64,000 nucleotides of DNA from IMG/VR virus record IMGVR_UViG_3300044647_001247, positions 1-64,000 of that record. One strand, given 5' to 3'. Below the pieces are notes generated by a model. That model ran no database searches, was not told the DNA's origin, and saw only the letters and a program-made list of their open reading frames with translations. Below, piece by piece: positions 9,442 through 17,551 of this stretch (the first letter of the stretch is position 1; every line of letters begins with the position of its first letter). The DNA comes from a virus. A program made the translations under genes and the position numbers.

Positions 9442-9993
9442 TTATTTGATTTTTCCGTAATTAGGAATTTTCCGTCTATACTTATAAGGAACTATGTATG
9501 CTTTTTGTGACCTATGTCCTTTGTACAAGGATTTTGATTTAGGTACACCACGCATAAAATAATTCTTATTAGTAGTGGGACATTGTCCACGACTACAAGA
9601 ACTGAATAGTATAATTATAACAAATAGAATTATTCCTATATGTATAAATCGTTTATAACCACCAGTAACTTGATAAGTGGGACGTGTGTCAAGAACAAAT
9701 GCAAAAGATAAAATCATTACAGATATAGTTGCTGAAATCATCAGTTTTAAATGATTATCAATAAAATAATAATATATTGCTACAATCATAAATATTGATG
9801 CAAAATATACAAACACTTCAGGCCAATAAATCTTTTTAACTATATGTCTCATTTGTTCTTTCCATTCAGTAATTGTCAAAGAAATAGATTCATAAACAGG
9901 ATGTTTCCATTTTACCACCTTAGTAAGTATTTCAAGGATAATAGCCAATATAAGAGCTAATACCAATACAACACTTTGTAAAAACTTTTTCAT
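9442..9993 (-). CDS. multi-pass membrane protein
   Basis: Four hydrophobic segments and a basic tail. Confidence 0.7.
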   Translation of the reverse strand: MKKFLQSVVLVLALILAIILEILTKVVKWKHPVYESISLTITEWKEQMRHIVKKIYWPEVFVYFASIFMIVAIYYYFIDNHLKLMISATISVMILSFAFVLDTRPTYQVTGGYKRFIHIGIILFVIIILFSSCSRGQCPTTNKNYFMRGVPKSKSLYKGHRSQKAYIVPYKYRRKIPNYGKIK

Positions 9994-10315
9994 AAATTAA
10001 TATGATTTTAGGTTAGGAAATAAAAAATTGAACGTTCTATTTTATCCAACTACAAACGTTCAGGCTGTCCTCACATGACGCTTTATTAGAGACATCATTG
10101 TCATAACGGTGAGTTAGGAATAAATCTTTTTCAGTTTGGTAGCTGCTAGTGATTAACTATACCCTTTAAAGCCACATTCAGGGTGAACAAGACTCATATA
10201 CATAACTAGTGTATTTCTCATCATCCAGAGTTGGACTATCCATTAGTGAAATGGAACGTAATTTTAGAAAGAGAACCCCTACATCTTTACAGATTTCAGG
10301 GTTCCCTAACCATAA

Positions 10316-11167
10316 TTATTTTTTCACTAGTTTTTCAAACAAAGTTTTTACAAGATCTACAGGACCCGGACCATTTGGGCCAATAACAGCAGCATAACCA
10401 TAGTTGTTATGTTTTTCTATTATTTCTGCACCTATTGGATAACCATATCCATCACTAATTCTATATGGTTGTTTAAACCAAGAAATAAAAAAACTATGTC
10501 TATAAGCACCACTAGTAAATACAGGAGCAAATGTTGTCCATGAAAATCTTTCTTCAGCACTTTTTATCTTTACTTGAAAAACTTCGTAATCAAAAGGAAC
10601 ATTTTCATACATTTCTTTTCCAAAAGTACAAAACCATATCTCTGTTGGTATACCCGCTGTTTCTAAAGCATATGTTGTAAGAATAGCTGTTTTAGCTATT
10701 TTTATAATATCCTCATCTGGTACATTACAACTAACACATATGTTAATTGCTAACTTTACAGTGGGTTTATTACCCTTACTTAAAACAACAAATGACTTAT
10801 CTTCACCAGAAATAGCTCTTGGAACACTCAATCTAACACCTGATTCAACAAAAACATTACGTTTTTTATACGTAAGAGCTTGTTTAAGAACACTTTGATA
10901 TTCTTTTGAAACCATGGTTTTAGAAATATCATTTTTACAAAGAGTTTTACCCTTGTTAGGATTCCATCTCTCTTCAAGAAACTTTTCACGAGTTTCTTCA
11001 TTACCATAGGTAAAATCACATTCACGTTTAGTAATTAGTTGTGTAAACTCACGGTCATTTCTTGTAAATCCTGTATCAATAGGTGTTTCATCTACACTTT
11101 GTGACATAAATTCTTTAAGATTGTCAAATGTCACTATGTATGTATCTTTTTCTATAACAGATTTCAT
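10316..11167 (-). CDS. VWA/CobT-like partner of MoxR AAA (probable start 11167)
   Basis: Directly downstream of the MoxR-type AAA; LETAGIPTEIW and GYGYP motifs; the extra 25 N-terminal codons span a terminator hairpin. Confidence 0.65.
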   Translation of the reverse strand: MKSVIEKDTYIVTFDNLKEFMSQSVDETPIDTGFTRNDREFTQLITKRECDFTYGNEETREKFLEERWNPNKGKTLCKNDISKTMVSKEYQSVLKQALTYKKRNVFVESGVRLSVPRAISGEDKSFVVLSKGNKPTVKLAINICVSCNVPDEDIIKIAKTAILTTYALETAGIPTEIWFCTFGKEMYENVPFDYEVFQVKIKSAEERFSWTTFAPVFTSGAYRHSFFISWFKQPYRISDGYGYPIGAEIIEKHNNYGYAAVIGPNGPGPVDLVKTLFEKLVKK

Positions 11168-11188
11168 AGAAATTAGTTTTTTGGTTAG

Positions 11189-11234
11189 AAAAAAGAAAAG
11201 GTGTACTAATTTGAACATTTCAGTACACCTTTTC
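11189..11234 (-). terminator. intrinsic terminator between AAA and VWA-like genes
   Basis: gaaaaggtgtact/agtacaccttttc 13-bp stem plus U-tract. Confidence 0.6.
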
Positions 11235-11241
11235 AATGACA

Positions 11242-12249
11242 TTATTTGAGATCTGCAATAATCTTGTCCTTCAAAGTTTCATCCCAATGCATAGAAACAA
11301 GGGATAAAACATCCTTCTTGGTAAAAGAATTAACTAAAAGAACAGTGGCATCATAGAAACTACGAGTAGAAAACTCTTCATTATCTACGTGCTTTTTCAT
11401 CCAACCTCTCACTCTGTTAAGCCAGTCATAGTGATTTCCAGCAATATGCTTTTCTAATTCCTCGTCATAGTTAATAACTATACGTGACATTTTAAATCTG
11501 TCTAGAAAAGCCTTATCCTGAATCTCACGTCCACTGTAATCTATAGAGCCACTACCAAATGTGTTACCTGCAAGGATGCAATAAAACTCAGGATGTTTAA
11601 CTGCTACAGGTTTTTCCACACGGTTGGGTACACCTAATTGTCCAGAACGATCAAATGCAGCATTTAAAACCACACTGATATTTGGACTCATTGCATCAAA
11701 CTCATCTACAAGAAACACACCACCATTCTCATAAAACTTGAGAAATGTAGATTCTATGTAGCCATTTATGTTAGCAAAGCCTAATAATTCAGACTTACTT
11801 GCTTCCATATTACAAGAAAAGCTTCCAAAAGGAAGATTCATAGCTTTAGCAGCTTGGCTAGCCATAGTGGACTTCCCAGAACCTGTTGGTCCTACAATAA
11901 GAGCTTGTTTGTACAGAGAAAGAAACTTAATCAGCTTGGTAAGCTCTTTATGAGCAGTGGGATCATCAACAGTGGCAATTTTTACGCTGTTTAAGTGAAT
12001 GTCTATACGTTTAGATTCAAGAAAGCTCTCAATGATAGAATCCCGAGTAACTGTGAGATCTGATGTAATCTGTTTTTCAAGAATATCTTTTAACTCTTTC
12101 TTGATTTCGGCAAAACTGTCAAGGCTGGTTTCTACAACAGATGTTTTAATCATCTGCTGGATTTTTTCGTGTCTTAGTTTATAAGACACAATTTCGTTGA
12201 TTTTAGCTGCTACCACTTCTTGTGGAATGCTAATTGAAAATTCACTCAT
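11242..12249 (-). CDS. MoxR/CbbQ/CobS-type AAA+ ATPase
   Basis: GPTGSGKS; GGVFLVDEFD; HPEFYCILAGNT; YSGREIQDKAFLDRF. Confidence 0.9.
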   Translation of the reverse strand: MSEFSISIPQEVVAAKINEIVSYKLRHEKIQQMIKTSVVETSLDSFAEIKKELKDILEKQITSDLTVTRDSIIESFLESKRIDIHLNSVKIATVDDPTAHKELTKLIKFLSLYKQALIVGPTGSGKSTMASQAAKAMNLPFGSFSCNMEASKSELLGFANINGYIESTFLKFYENGGVFLVDEFDAMSPNISVVLNAAFDRSGQLGVPNRVEKPVAVKHPEFYCILAGNTFGSGSIDYSGREIQDKAFLDRFKMSRIVINYDEELEKHIAGNHYDWLNRVRGWMKKHVDNEEFSTRSFYDATVLLVNSFTKKDVLSLVSMHWDETLKDKIIADLK

Positions 12250-12666
12250 GGTTAGGAGGTTTTTTAATAGTCATTAAATATAAAAAAAGAATAATACAAA
12301 AGGGAAAAACACAACTTTCTGACCTGTCGCTAGAGACATGTATAACATAGTATATATAAGAGAGTATATAATATAGTATGTTATACCTATCTCTACAGAT
12401 AGATCAGGAATATGGTATGAGAGCCCAGAAACGCTATTAAGCAATCTCCAGACTCTCTTCACCAAAAATGTGTTTATAAAATTTGAAATGATATAGGATT
12501 TATGTATTTTCGTAATTCTGAAAGACTGAGAGATTGAAGTAATTTAGGAAACTCTTTGGTGATTCTAGCTTTCCAATTACAATCTGCAGCATTATATGCT
12601 TCTTGAACAAATTTTCTTGATAATTGTAATTTTGACACAATAGTTTGTTTTAATGTGTTTTTTATT

Positions 12667-13047
12667 TTAAACTTTATTGCAAATTGCTCTATGTAGATTG
12701 GAAATACTCTCAAAAGTGAACATTTGACATCCTACGTGCACTATTTTATTCACTCTATCTATTTTAGCAGTGTAATTAGAATTTAGTTTTACATCATCAT
12801 TATTAGCCCATTCATCACAAAGTGCTATAAATTTTTCTACACTTATATTGTTAACATAAAGTGAGCTAGCTCCAATAAACATACCATCATTAAACCAAAG
12901 ATGAATAAAACCCTTATTATATGAATCTCTACCTGTTTCTGCATATACAGGAACATCTTTACTTCTAGCATAATTAGCTAAAAACTCAAATAATTCTGCA
13001 TTACATGGTGTAACTGAAACGTCTTTAAAAATTGATAAATCTTTCAT
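12667..13047 (-). CDS. hypothetical protein
   Basis: 126-aa ORF with a C-terminal VHVGCQMFTFESI motif; A/C-rich leader like its neighbours. Confidence 0.7.
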   Translation of the reverse strand: MKDLSIFKDVSVTPCNAELFEFLANYARSKDVPVYAETGRDSYNKGFIHLWFNDGMFIGASSLYVNNISVEKFIALCDEWANNDDVKLNSNYTAKIDRVNKIVHVGCQMFTFESISNLHRAICNKV

Positions 13048-13086
13048 GGTTTGTGTGTTTTTATTGTTATTAATTAGTAAATACTG

Positions 13087-13513
13087 TGGAGCCGAGGGGA
13101 GTCGAACCCCTGTCCAAACAAGTCAATCATAATACCATTTTTACATGCTTAGCTATACTGTACACAGTAGCAAGAGTTTAATCTGTTTAAGCTGCCTCCC
13201 AGACATTAAACTGCTGTAGTCCACACAGTTCACTTATTCTGATTAGTATTGGGGTCATACTGGTGTATAACCTTCCACCACTCTGTTCTATTACGTGCAA
13301 ACAGAGAAGACACGTGTGCTTGTGACCGTTATGAACGCTGGTCAGGCGATGTATTATGCAGCAACTGCTACACGTACATTAGCGAAAGCCATATTGATAA
13401 TGGCTGCGCCTTCAGATTGACGGTTGTCAATTATTGTTTAGGAGTTGTTTGGCTCTCCCAAGCCTTGCATGTGATACTATCATTACCCTTGCTGTCAAAA
13501 CCAATACGGCCCC
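13087..13513 (-). ncRNA. ssrA: tmRNA; tag ORF 13354-13428 encodes DNRQSEGAAIINMAFANVRVAVAA
   Basis: 5' GGGGCCGTATTGGTTTTGAC; 3' GACAGGGGTTCGACTCCCCTCGGCTCCA; acceptor GGGGCCG/CGGCTCC with G3:U70; ATAATT before the resume codon; tag ends in AA-stop. Confidence 0.93.
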
Positions 13514-13536
13514 ATAATGTTAAAAATGTGTTAATG

Positions 13537-13770
13537 CTATATACGTCTATCATCTTTTTTTTGATGTTCTCTAGTGCACCATCTAAGGACTTGAATTGAT
13601 TCACCACAAAGTGTCATCTCCCTACCATCGTATACAATTTCTTTTTCATCCATCCCAAAGAATATCATATCTCTAATGGCACCTAGTTTACTGAAATCAT
13701 CCTCTGTTTCAGCTATAAGTTTATATCCTACACGCTTTTCATCATCGTTGTAAATGAATTCTATTTTCAT
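13537..13770 (-). CDS. hypothetical protein (probable start MKIEFIY)
   Basis: ORF 13537..13839; internal ATG preceded by an A-rich leader. Confidence 0.6.
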   Translation of the reverse strand: MKIEFIYNDDEKRVGYKLIAETEDDFSKLGAIRDMIFFGMDEKEIVYDGREMTLCGESIQVLRWCTREHQKKDDRRI

Positions 13771-13834
13771 AATTGATTGATTTTTAATTGTTTGTGTATA
13801 TTGTTTGAAGAAAATAATTAAATAAATTCCCCTT

Positions 13835-14154
13835 TGCACAACAGATGTAATAGTAAATAATTATATCTTTCAGTATCTACCTCGTAAGGCGTTCAGATAA
13901 ATTATTATGATCAACTATTACATCTGTTTTCTCACCTCTTGAGAGCTGATTAATTAGTGGCTTTTTTACTAGGTAGTATCCACCAAGGTTGGTTACACAT
14001 TTAAGGCTAATGTTTCACCGTTACCTGTTGATTAATCAGGTCTGCTTACACACACATCTTATGAAGTAACCTCTCATCACCTTAAAGGCTCAAGGTACAA
14101 GTTAACTCCTGTTTAATACTTTCGCTAAGAAATGTGTCCACGTGAGAATGTGCA
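13835..14154 (-). ncRNA. putative multi-branched structured RNA (~320 nt), unclassified
   Basis: Nested helices 13835-40/14149-54, 13840-54/13914-28 (15 bp perfect), 13929-35/14142-48 and 13946-54/14031-39; no ORF. Confidence 0.5.
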
Positions 14155-14164
14155 TTGGAAAATA

Positions 14165-14263
14165 ATGTATGCTCTCAACCTTCCCAACTTTCTTACCCTT
14201 TCAAGAAAATGACTCTTAAAAATTAGAGGTATGGTAATAGGATTTCTACCAGAGAGCATACAT
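14165..14263 (-). ncRNA. putative structured RNA (~100 nt)
   Basis: Perfect 12-bp closing helix atgtatgctctc/gagagcatacat. Confidence 0.35.
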
Positions 14264-14266
14264 ATT

Positions 14267-14405
14267 TGGTCCCATAAGCAGGAATCGAACCTACACACAT
14301 ACATATGTTCCAGAAGGAGAACATATAATGTAAAAACCCCTAAACCCGACTGTTTAGTGTTTTCTTAATAGAACTGTCGCTCTATTAGTGATGCCAATCT
14401 ACGGG
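14267..14405 (-). ncRNA. tRNA-mimic RNA (139 nt) with acceptor stem, T arm and encoded CCA
   Basis: CCCGTAG/TTATGGG-A-CCA; T arm GTAGG-TTCGATT-CCTGC; three long hairpins replace the D, anticodon and variable arms. Confidence 0.65.
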
Positions 14406-14420
14406 AATTATATAACAAAA

Positions 14421-14584
14421 GAGCCCTGTTCCCTCTGCGTTCAGTTGTAATAGCAAGCCAATAACACAAAAATGTTATCTGTTTGCTGCAAGACTTTGTT
14501 CACGTATATAAAATACGTAGCTGTTTAGGCATTCTCTTTATCTCACTATTACAACTGCCTGTCCTTGGGAAACAGGAATGACGC
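14421..14584 (-). ncRNA. putative pseudoknotted RNA, unclassified
   Basis: 12-bp helix 14442-53/14546-57; hairpin CCTGT/ACAGG whose loop TTCCC can pair with downstream GGGAA; GCGT/ACGC closing stem. Confidence 0.5.
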
Positions 14585-14800
14585 ATTAGAATTGTATGTC
14601 CACCCTACATATTTGCATCACAAGAACATAAAAGCTCTATTTGGCCAAGCAAAACTGCCTGTTCTCTACAAATATGCATCACGGATGCATTAAGACACTA
14701 CACGGTCACATACAATATATTAAAAGAATGGTTTTGGTGAATTGGAAAGAAATGGTGAACCAGACTCATTCAAGAGCCCAGTTCACCATAATGCGTTTAG

Positions 14801-15055
14801 TTAGACAGCTATAGTACGAACCCATAACTTATCATCAAACTCCTCAACATACTTGTCAAGAGATTGGGTCAGTATAGCACATCCTACTTCAAAATTGTCT
14901 TTGGCTTGCTTTCCATATATGATATAGAAAGCTTCATAAAGCCATTTCCAACCACGCTTTTGTTTAGCCTGGATAGGAAAATACCTACGTGTACCACGAG
15001 GACTGTCTTTAACTACTGATTGAGCCATTAAAGGCTGTAAGTAATCTAAATTCAT
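14801..15055 (-). CDS. hypothetical protein
   Basis: 84-aa ORF co-oriented with the early region. Confidence 0.6.
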   Translation of the reverse strand: MNLDYLQPLMAQSVVKDSPRGTRRYFPIQAKQKRGWKWLYEAFYIIYGKQAKDNFEVGCAILTQSLDKYVEEFDDKLWVRTIAV

Positions 15056-15144
15056 AACAATTTGTTTAGCTGTATACAGCCATTTTGGTGACCTTACTCC
15101 CAGAAAGTTCTGGTTTCAACGCACTAGCCTTAACACCTGCTAGT

Positions 15145-15175
15145 AAAAAAAGAAAAGAGCCCTGTTACAGGCTCT
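15145..15175 (-). terminator. intrinsic terminator
   Basis: AGAGCC-TGTAACAG-GGCTCT followed by TTTCTTTTTTT on the minus strand. Confidence 0.6.
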
Positions 15176-15665
15176 GTTCAATTAATAACTCACTCAATCT
15201 CTCTTTATAGAAAGATAAATCTATTTCTAATTGGTGAATTAATTCTTTCTGCTCAGTGTACCAAACACTATACTCTTTTGCATCAGAATCATTTTCTACA
15301 TTAAAAGGAGGAATACATAAATCATATTGAGCAGTAGTGAGTTCAGCAGATGTATCACTTATAAGCTTACGAACATCTTCTATTTTTGCTGAGATGTTAG
15401 TAATAAATGGTGTATCATCAGCAAGTAACAACTGAAATCCAGAATTACACACCATAAAGAAATCATCATCAGATTGAATAATATCTCCCACTGATGTACT
15501 TCTACAAGGAGTTATTGGATTCCAAGGCTCATCAAAATTCTGAGAAAGGTAGTAAGCTTCATCTAAAGAAATAGCTTCTACACAACCAACATACTTCCTA
15601 GGTTGTACATCAACTTCCTGAAATCCATTTGGTTCATAACAATGGTAAATTAAATACAGAGCCAT
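15165..15665 (-). CDS. YodL-like domain plus coiled coil (probable start MALYLIY)
   Basis: RSTSVGDII motif preceded by LDEAYYLSQN. Confidence 0.65.
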   Translation of the reverse strand: MALYLIYHCYEPNGFQEVDVQPRKYVGCVEAISLDEAYYLSQNFDEPWNPITPCRSTSVGDIIQSDDDFFMVCNSGFQLLLADDTPFITNISAKIEDVRKLISDTSAELTTAQYDLCIPPFNVENDSDAKEYSVWYTEQKELIHQLEIDLSFYKERLSELLIEQSL

Positions 15666-15896
15666 ATAATTAGGGTTTTGGTGAATGAATGTAATATATA
15701 GCCATCTTATCCGCGACAAAAATTTCTTGATTGGTAATAGAAACAAATGAGAAAAAGTGTGGTTGTGTTACTACCATTCACACAACCACACATAAAACCT
15801 TGACAATCAACACATTACCATTGATTATCATTAGGGAATTCCGGCTTTTTGTTCTAGGGAACTTCAGGAAATCCGGATTACAACCTGATTGAGAGC

Positions 15897-15986
15897 CTAC
15901 GCACTACGTAGCTCTTCTGCTAATCTGATGGCAGCCATCATACTACCTACCAGAATCACAGTTCCGCTTGCTGTAATAGCAAACAT
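15897..15986 (-). CDS. putative 29-aa peptide MFAITASGTVILVGSMMAAIRLAEELRSA
   Basis: Short ORF with a CACACATAC leader resembling those of neighbouring genes. Confidence 0.35.
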   Translation of the reverse strand: MFAITASGTVILVGSMMAAIRLAEELRSA

Positions 15987-16096
15987 GTATGTGTGAATGA
16001 ATAAATAAACAAATCATGTAACGTGTAGATGTAAAAGGAGAACCGTGGCTTTGTGCTCACGATCCTCCTTAGTAACGTCCTAAAGAAAAGCCACCC

Positions 16097-16333
16097 TTAA
16101 AGGGTAGCTACTTCTTTCACGTTCTGGTTGAATACCCAGTAACTGTCATAAGTACCTTTAGCCACGAATAATGGCTTTTGAAGATTAACCTTTTCTGCAA
16201 AGTATAGTCTGCCTGCAACTGTGTCTGCAAACATTCTACCTGTGCCTTGGTTTACTTTAATGTTTGCAATGCCATTTAGGTCTTTAAATGCTTGCAAACT
16301 GATACTGTCGAGTGTAGATTGAGTTGTGCTCAT
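16097..16333 (-). CDS. hypothetical protein, first gene of the leftward arm
   Basis: 78-aa ORF with an A-rich leader. Confidence 0.7.
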   Translation of the reverse strand: MSTTQSTLDSISLQAFKDLNGIANIKVNQGTGRMFADTVAGRLYFAEKVNLQKPLFVAKGTYDSYWVFNQNVKEVATL

Positions 16334-16520
16334 TTTGATTTAAGTTTTAAGTTAACACTGAATTTAAGGGGGGTGCGGAGCTCAAAGAAGTCAGGAGGGG
16401 GACTTTAAATGGAGAGGTAACTACATCCTCTACTACACTATTTTCATAGGGGGGATGTAAATACAACCCCGGGGTTAGTTATACACATATAGAAGTATTT
16501 GTAAAATTTTTTATATAATT

Positions 16521-16733
16521 TTGTTTTCTATGGAAAAAGATATTATTGTATATACGGATTTAGAATCTCTTGTTTCTCTCTATGTAAATGGAGATCTTCC
16601 TTTAGAACAGATTGTATTTAAATACACTGTTCAGCCTGGAAGAGAAGCTTGGATACATATTGATGAATTAAAGAATCAAGTGAAGCTTGGGAGTGTCTAT
16701 CCACAGGCTAGTAATAAAAAAGGTAAAAAGTGA
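16521..16733 (+). CDS. hypothetical protein (probable ATG start 16530)
   Basis: First rightward ORF; protein-like composition. Confidence 0.55.
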   Translation: MFSMEKDIIVYTDLESLVSLYVNGDLPLEQIVFKYTVQPGREAWIHIDELKNQVKLGSVYPQASNKKGKK

Positions 16734-16850
16734 TAAAAAATATGTATATTGTATTATGAAGGTGATGATTTCTATATGTAATGTTTTCTGTTTCTGGCAG
16801 CAGTCTGTCAGCCGGGAATATTATGTCTAGTTAATAATTATAATTAGTGT

Positions 16851-16883
16851 AGCCCGGTTAGAATAGCTCTAACCGGGTTTTTT
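16851..16883 (+). terminator. intrinsic terminator
   Basis: cccggttag/ctaaccggg stem plus T-run. Confidence 0.75.
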
Positions 16884-16890
16884 GTTTTAT

Positions 16891-16963
16891 GTGGGTGTAA
16901 CTCAGTTGGTAGAGTGCTAGTCTCCAAAACTAGAAGTCCCAGGATCGTAGCCTGGCACCCATG
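16891..16963 (+). tRNA. tRNA-Trp(CCA)
   Basis: GTGGGTG/CACCCAT acceptor; CTAGT-CTCCAAA-ACTAG anticodon arm; G73. Confidence 0.9.
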
Positions 16964-16970
16964 CATATAA

Positions 16971-17041
16971 GACACCATGGCCGAGTGATTAGGTGGCTGT
17001 TTGCAAAACAGTTAAGGACAGTTTGATTCTGTCTGGTGTCT
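16971..17041 (+). tRNA. tRNA-Cys(GCA)
   Basis: GACACCA/TGGTGTC acceptor; GCTGT-TTGCAAA-ACAGT; U73. Confidence 0.85.
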
Positions 17042-17047
17042 CTATAG

Positions 17048-17118
17048 TTCTTCTTAGTATAACGGTAGTACAACAGATTTTGGCTCTGTTAGTTTTGGTT
17101 CAATTCCAAAAGGAGAAA
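17048..17118 (+). tRNA. tRNA-Gln(TTG)
   Basis: TTCTTCT/AGGAGAA acceptor; ACAGA-TTTTGGC-TCTGT; T arm TTTGG-TTCAATT-CCAAA. Confidence 0.8.
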
Positions 17119-17199
17119 CTAGCTTATACACATGTGTTAATAATTTACATATATACTTACAGAAGTTAAAACTAAATTTGGAGGGTTTAAACTTATTTA

Positions 17200-17217
17200 G
17201 TATATTATTAATGTAAA
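17200..17217 (+). promoter_or_regulatory. putative phage late promoter motif (GTAWATTWWWAWTGWRR)
   Basis: GTATATTATTAATGTAAA; recurs in intergenic gaps at 16744, 26402, 33275, 38770, 47051 and 52758. Confidence 0.55.
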
Positions 17218-17229
17218 CAAACACTAATT

Positions 17230-17535
17230 ATGGTACATCATTGTAACATTCATTGCCGTAGTATAGATGCAGATAGTGCTAGACTGCTAGAACAAGAAGA
17301 CGGAGGTAAATGGATGCCCTATATGTTTTTATTAGAAATAGTCTTAGCATGTAAGCTGGCTTCAGATGATGAAGAAAGCTTCACTTACAACTGCACCACT
17401 ATTTTTATAGAAGGAGGAGATAGTTATATTATTGACACTCCCTTTGTAGAATTTTCTAAAATTTTTAAAGAATATTATCAAGCTTCCCCATCATCTGATT
17501 CTTCAGATTGTGGAAGTAATGATTTTGAATTATAA
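17230..17535 (+). CDS. hypothetical protein
   Basis: 101-aa ORF after the promoter motif. Confidence 0.7.
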   Translation: MVHHCNIHCRSIDADSARLLEQEDGGKWMPYMFLLEIVLACKLASDDEESFTYNCTTIFIEGGDSYIIDTPFVEFSKIFKEYYQASPSSDSSDCGSNDFEL

Positions 17536-17551
17536 ACCAAACATTTATTTT

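Noticed and set aside
12274-12713. ORFs 12274..12465 and 12474..12713
   Set aside because: The first coincides with a long hairpin. The second lacks a convincing start, though its FVQEAYNAA..WK..I.KEFPKL stretch may be a gene remnant.
13249-13599. 116-aa plus-strand ORF
   Set aside because: Antisense to the tmRNA and against the local gene orientation.
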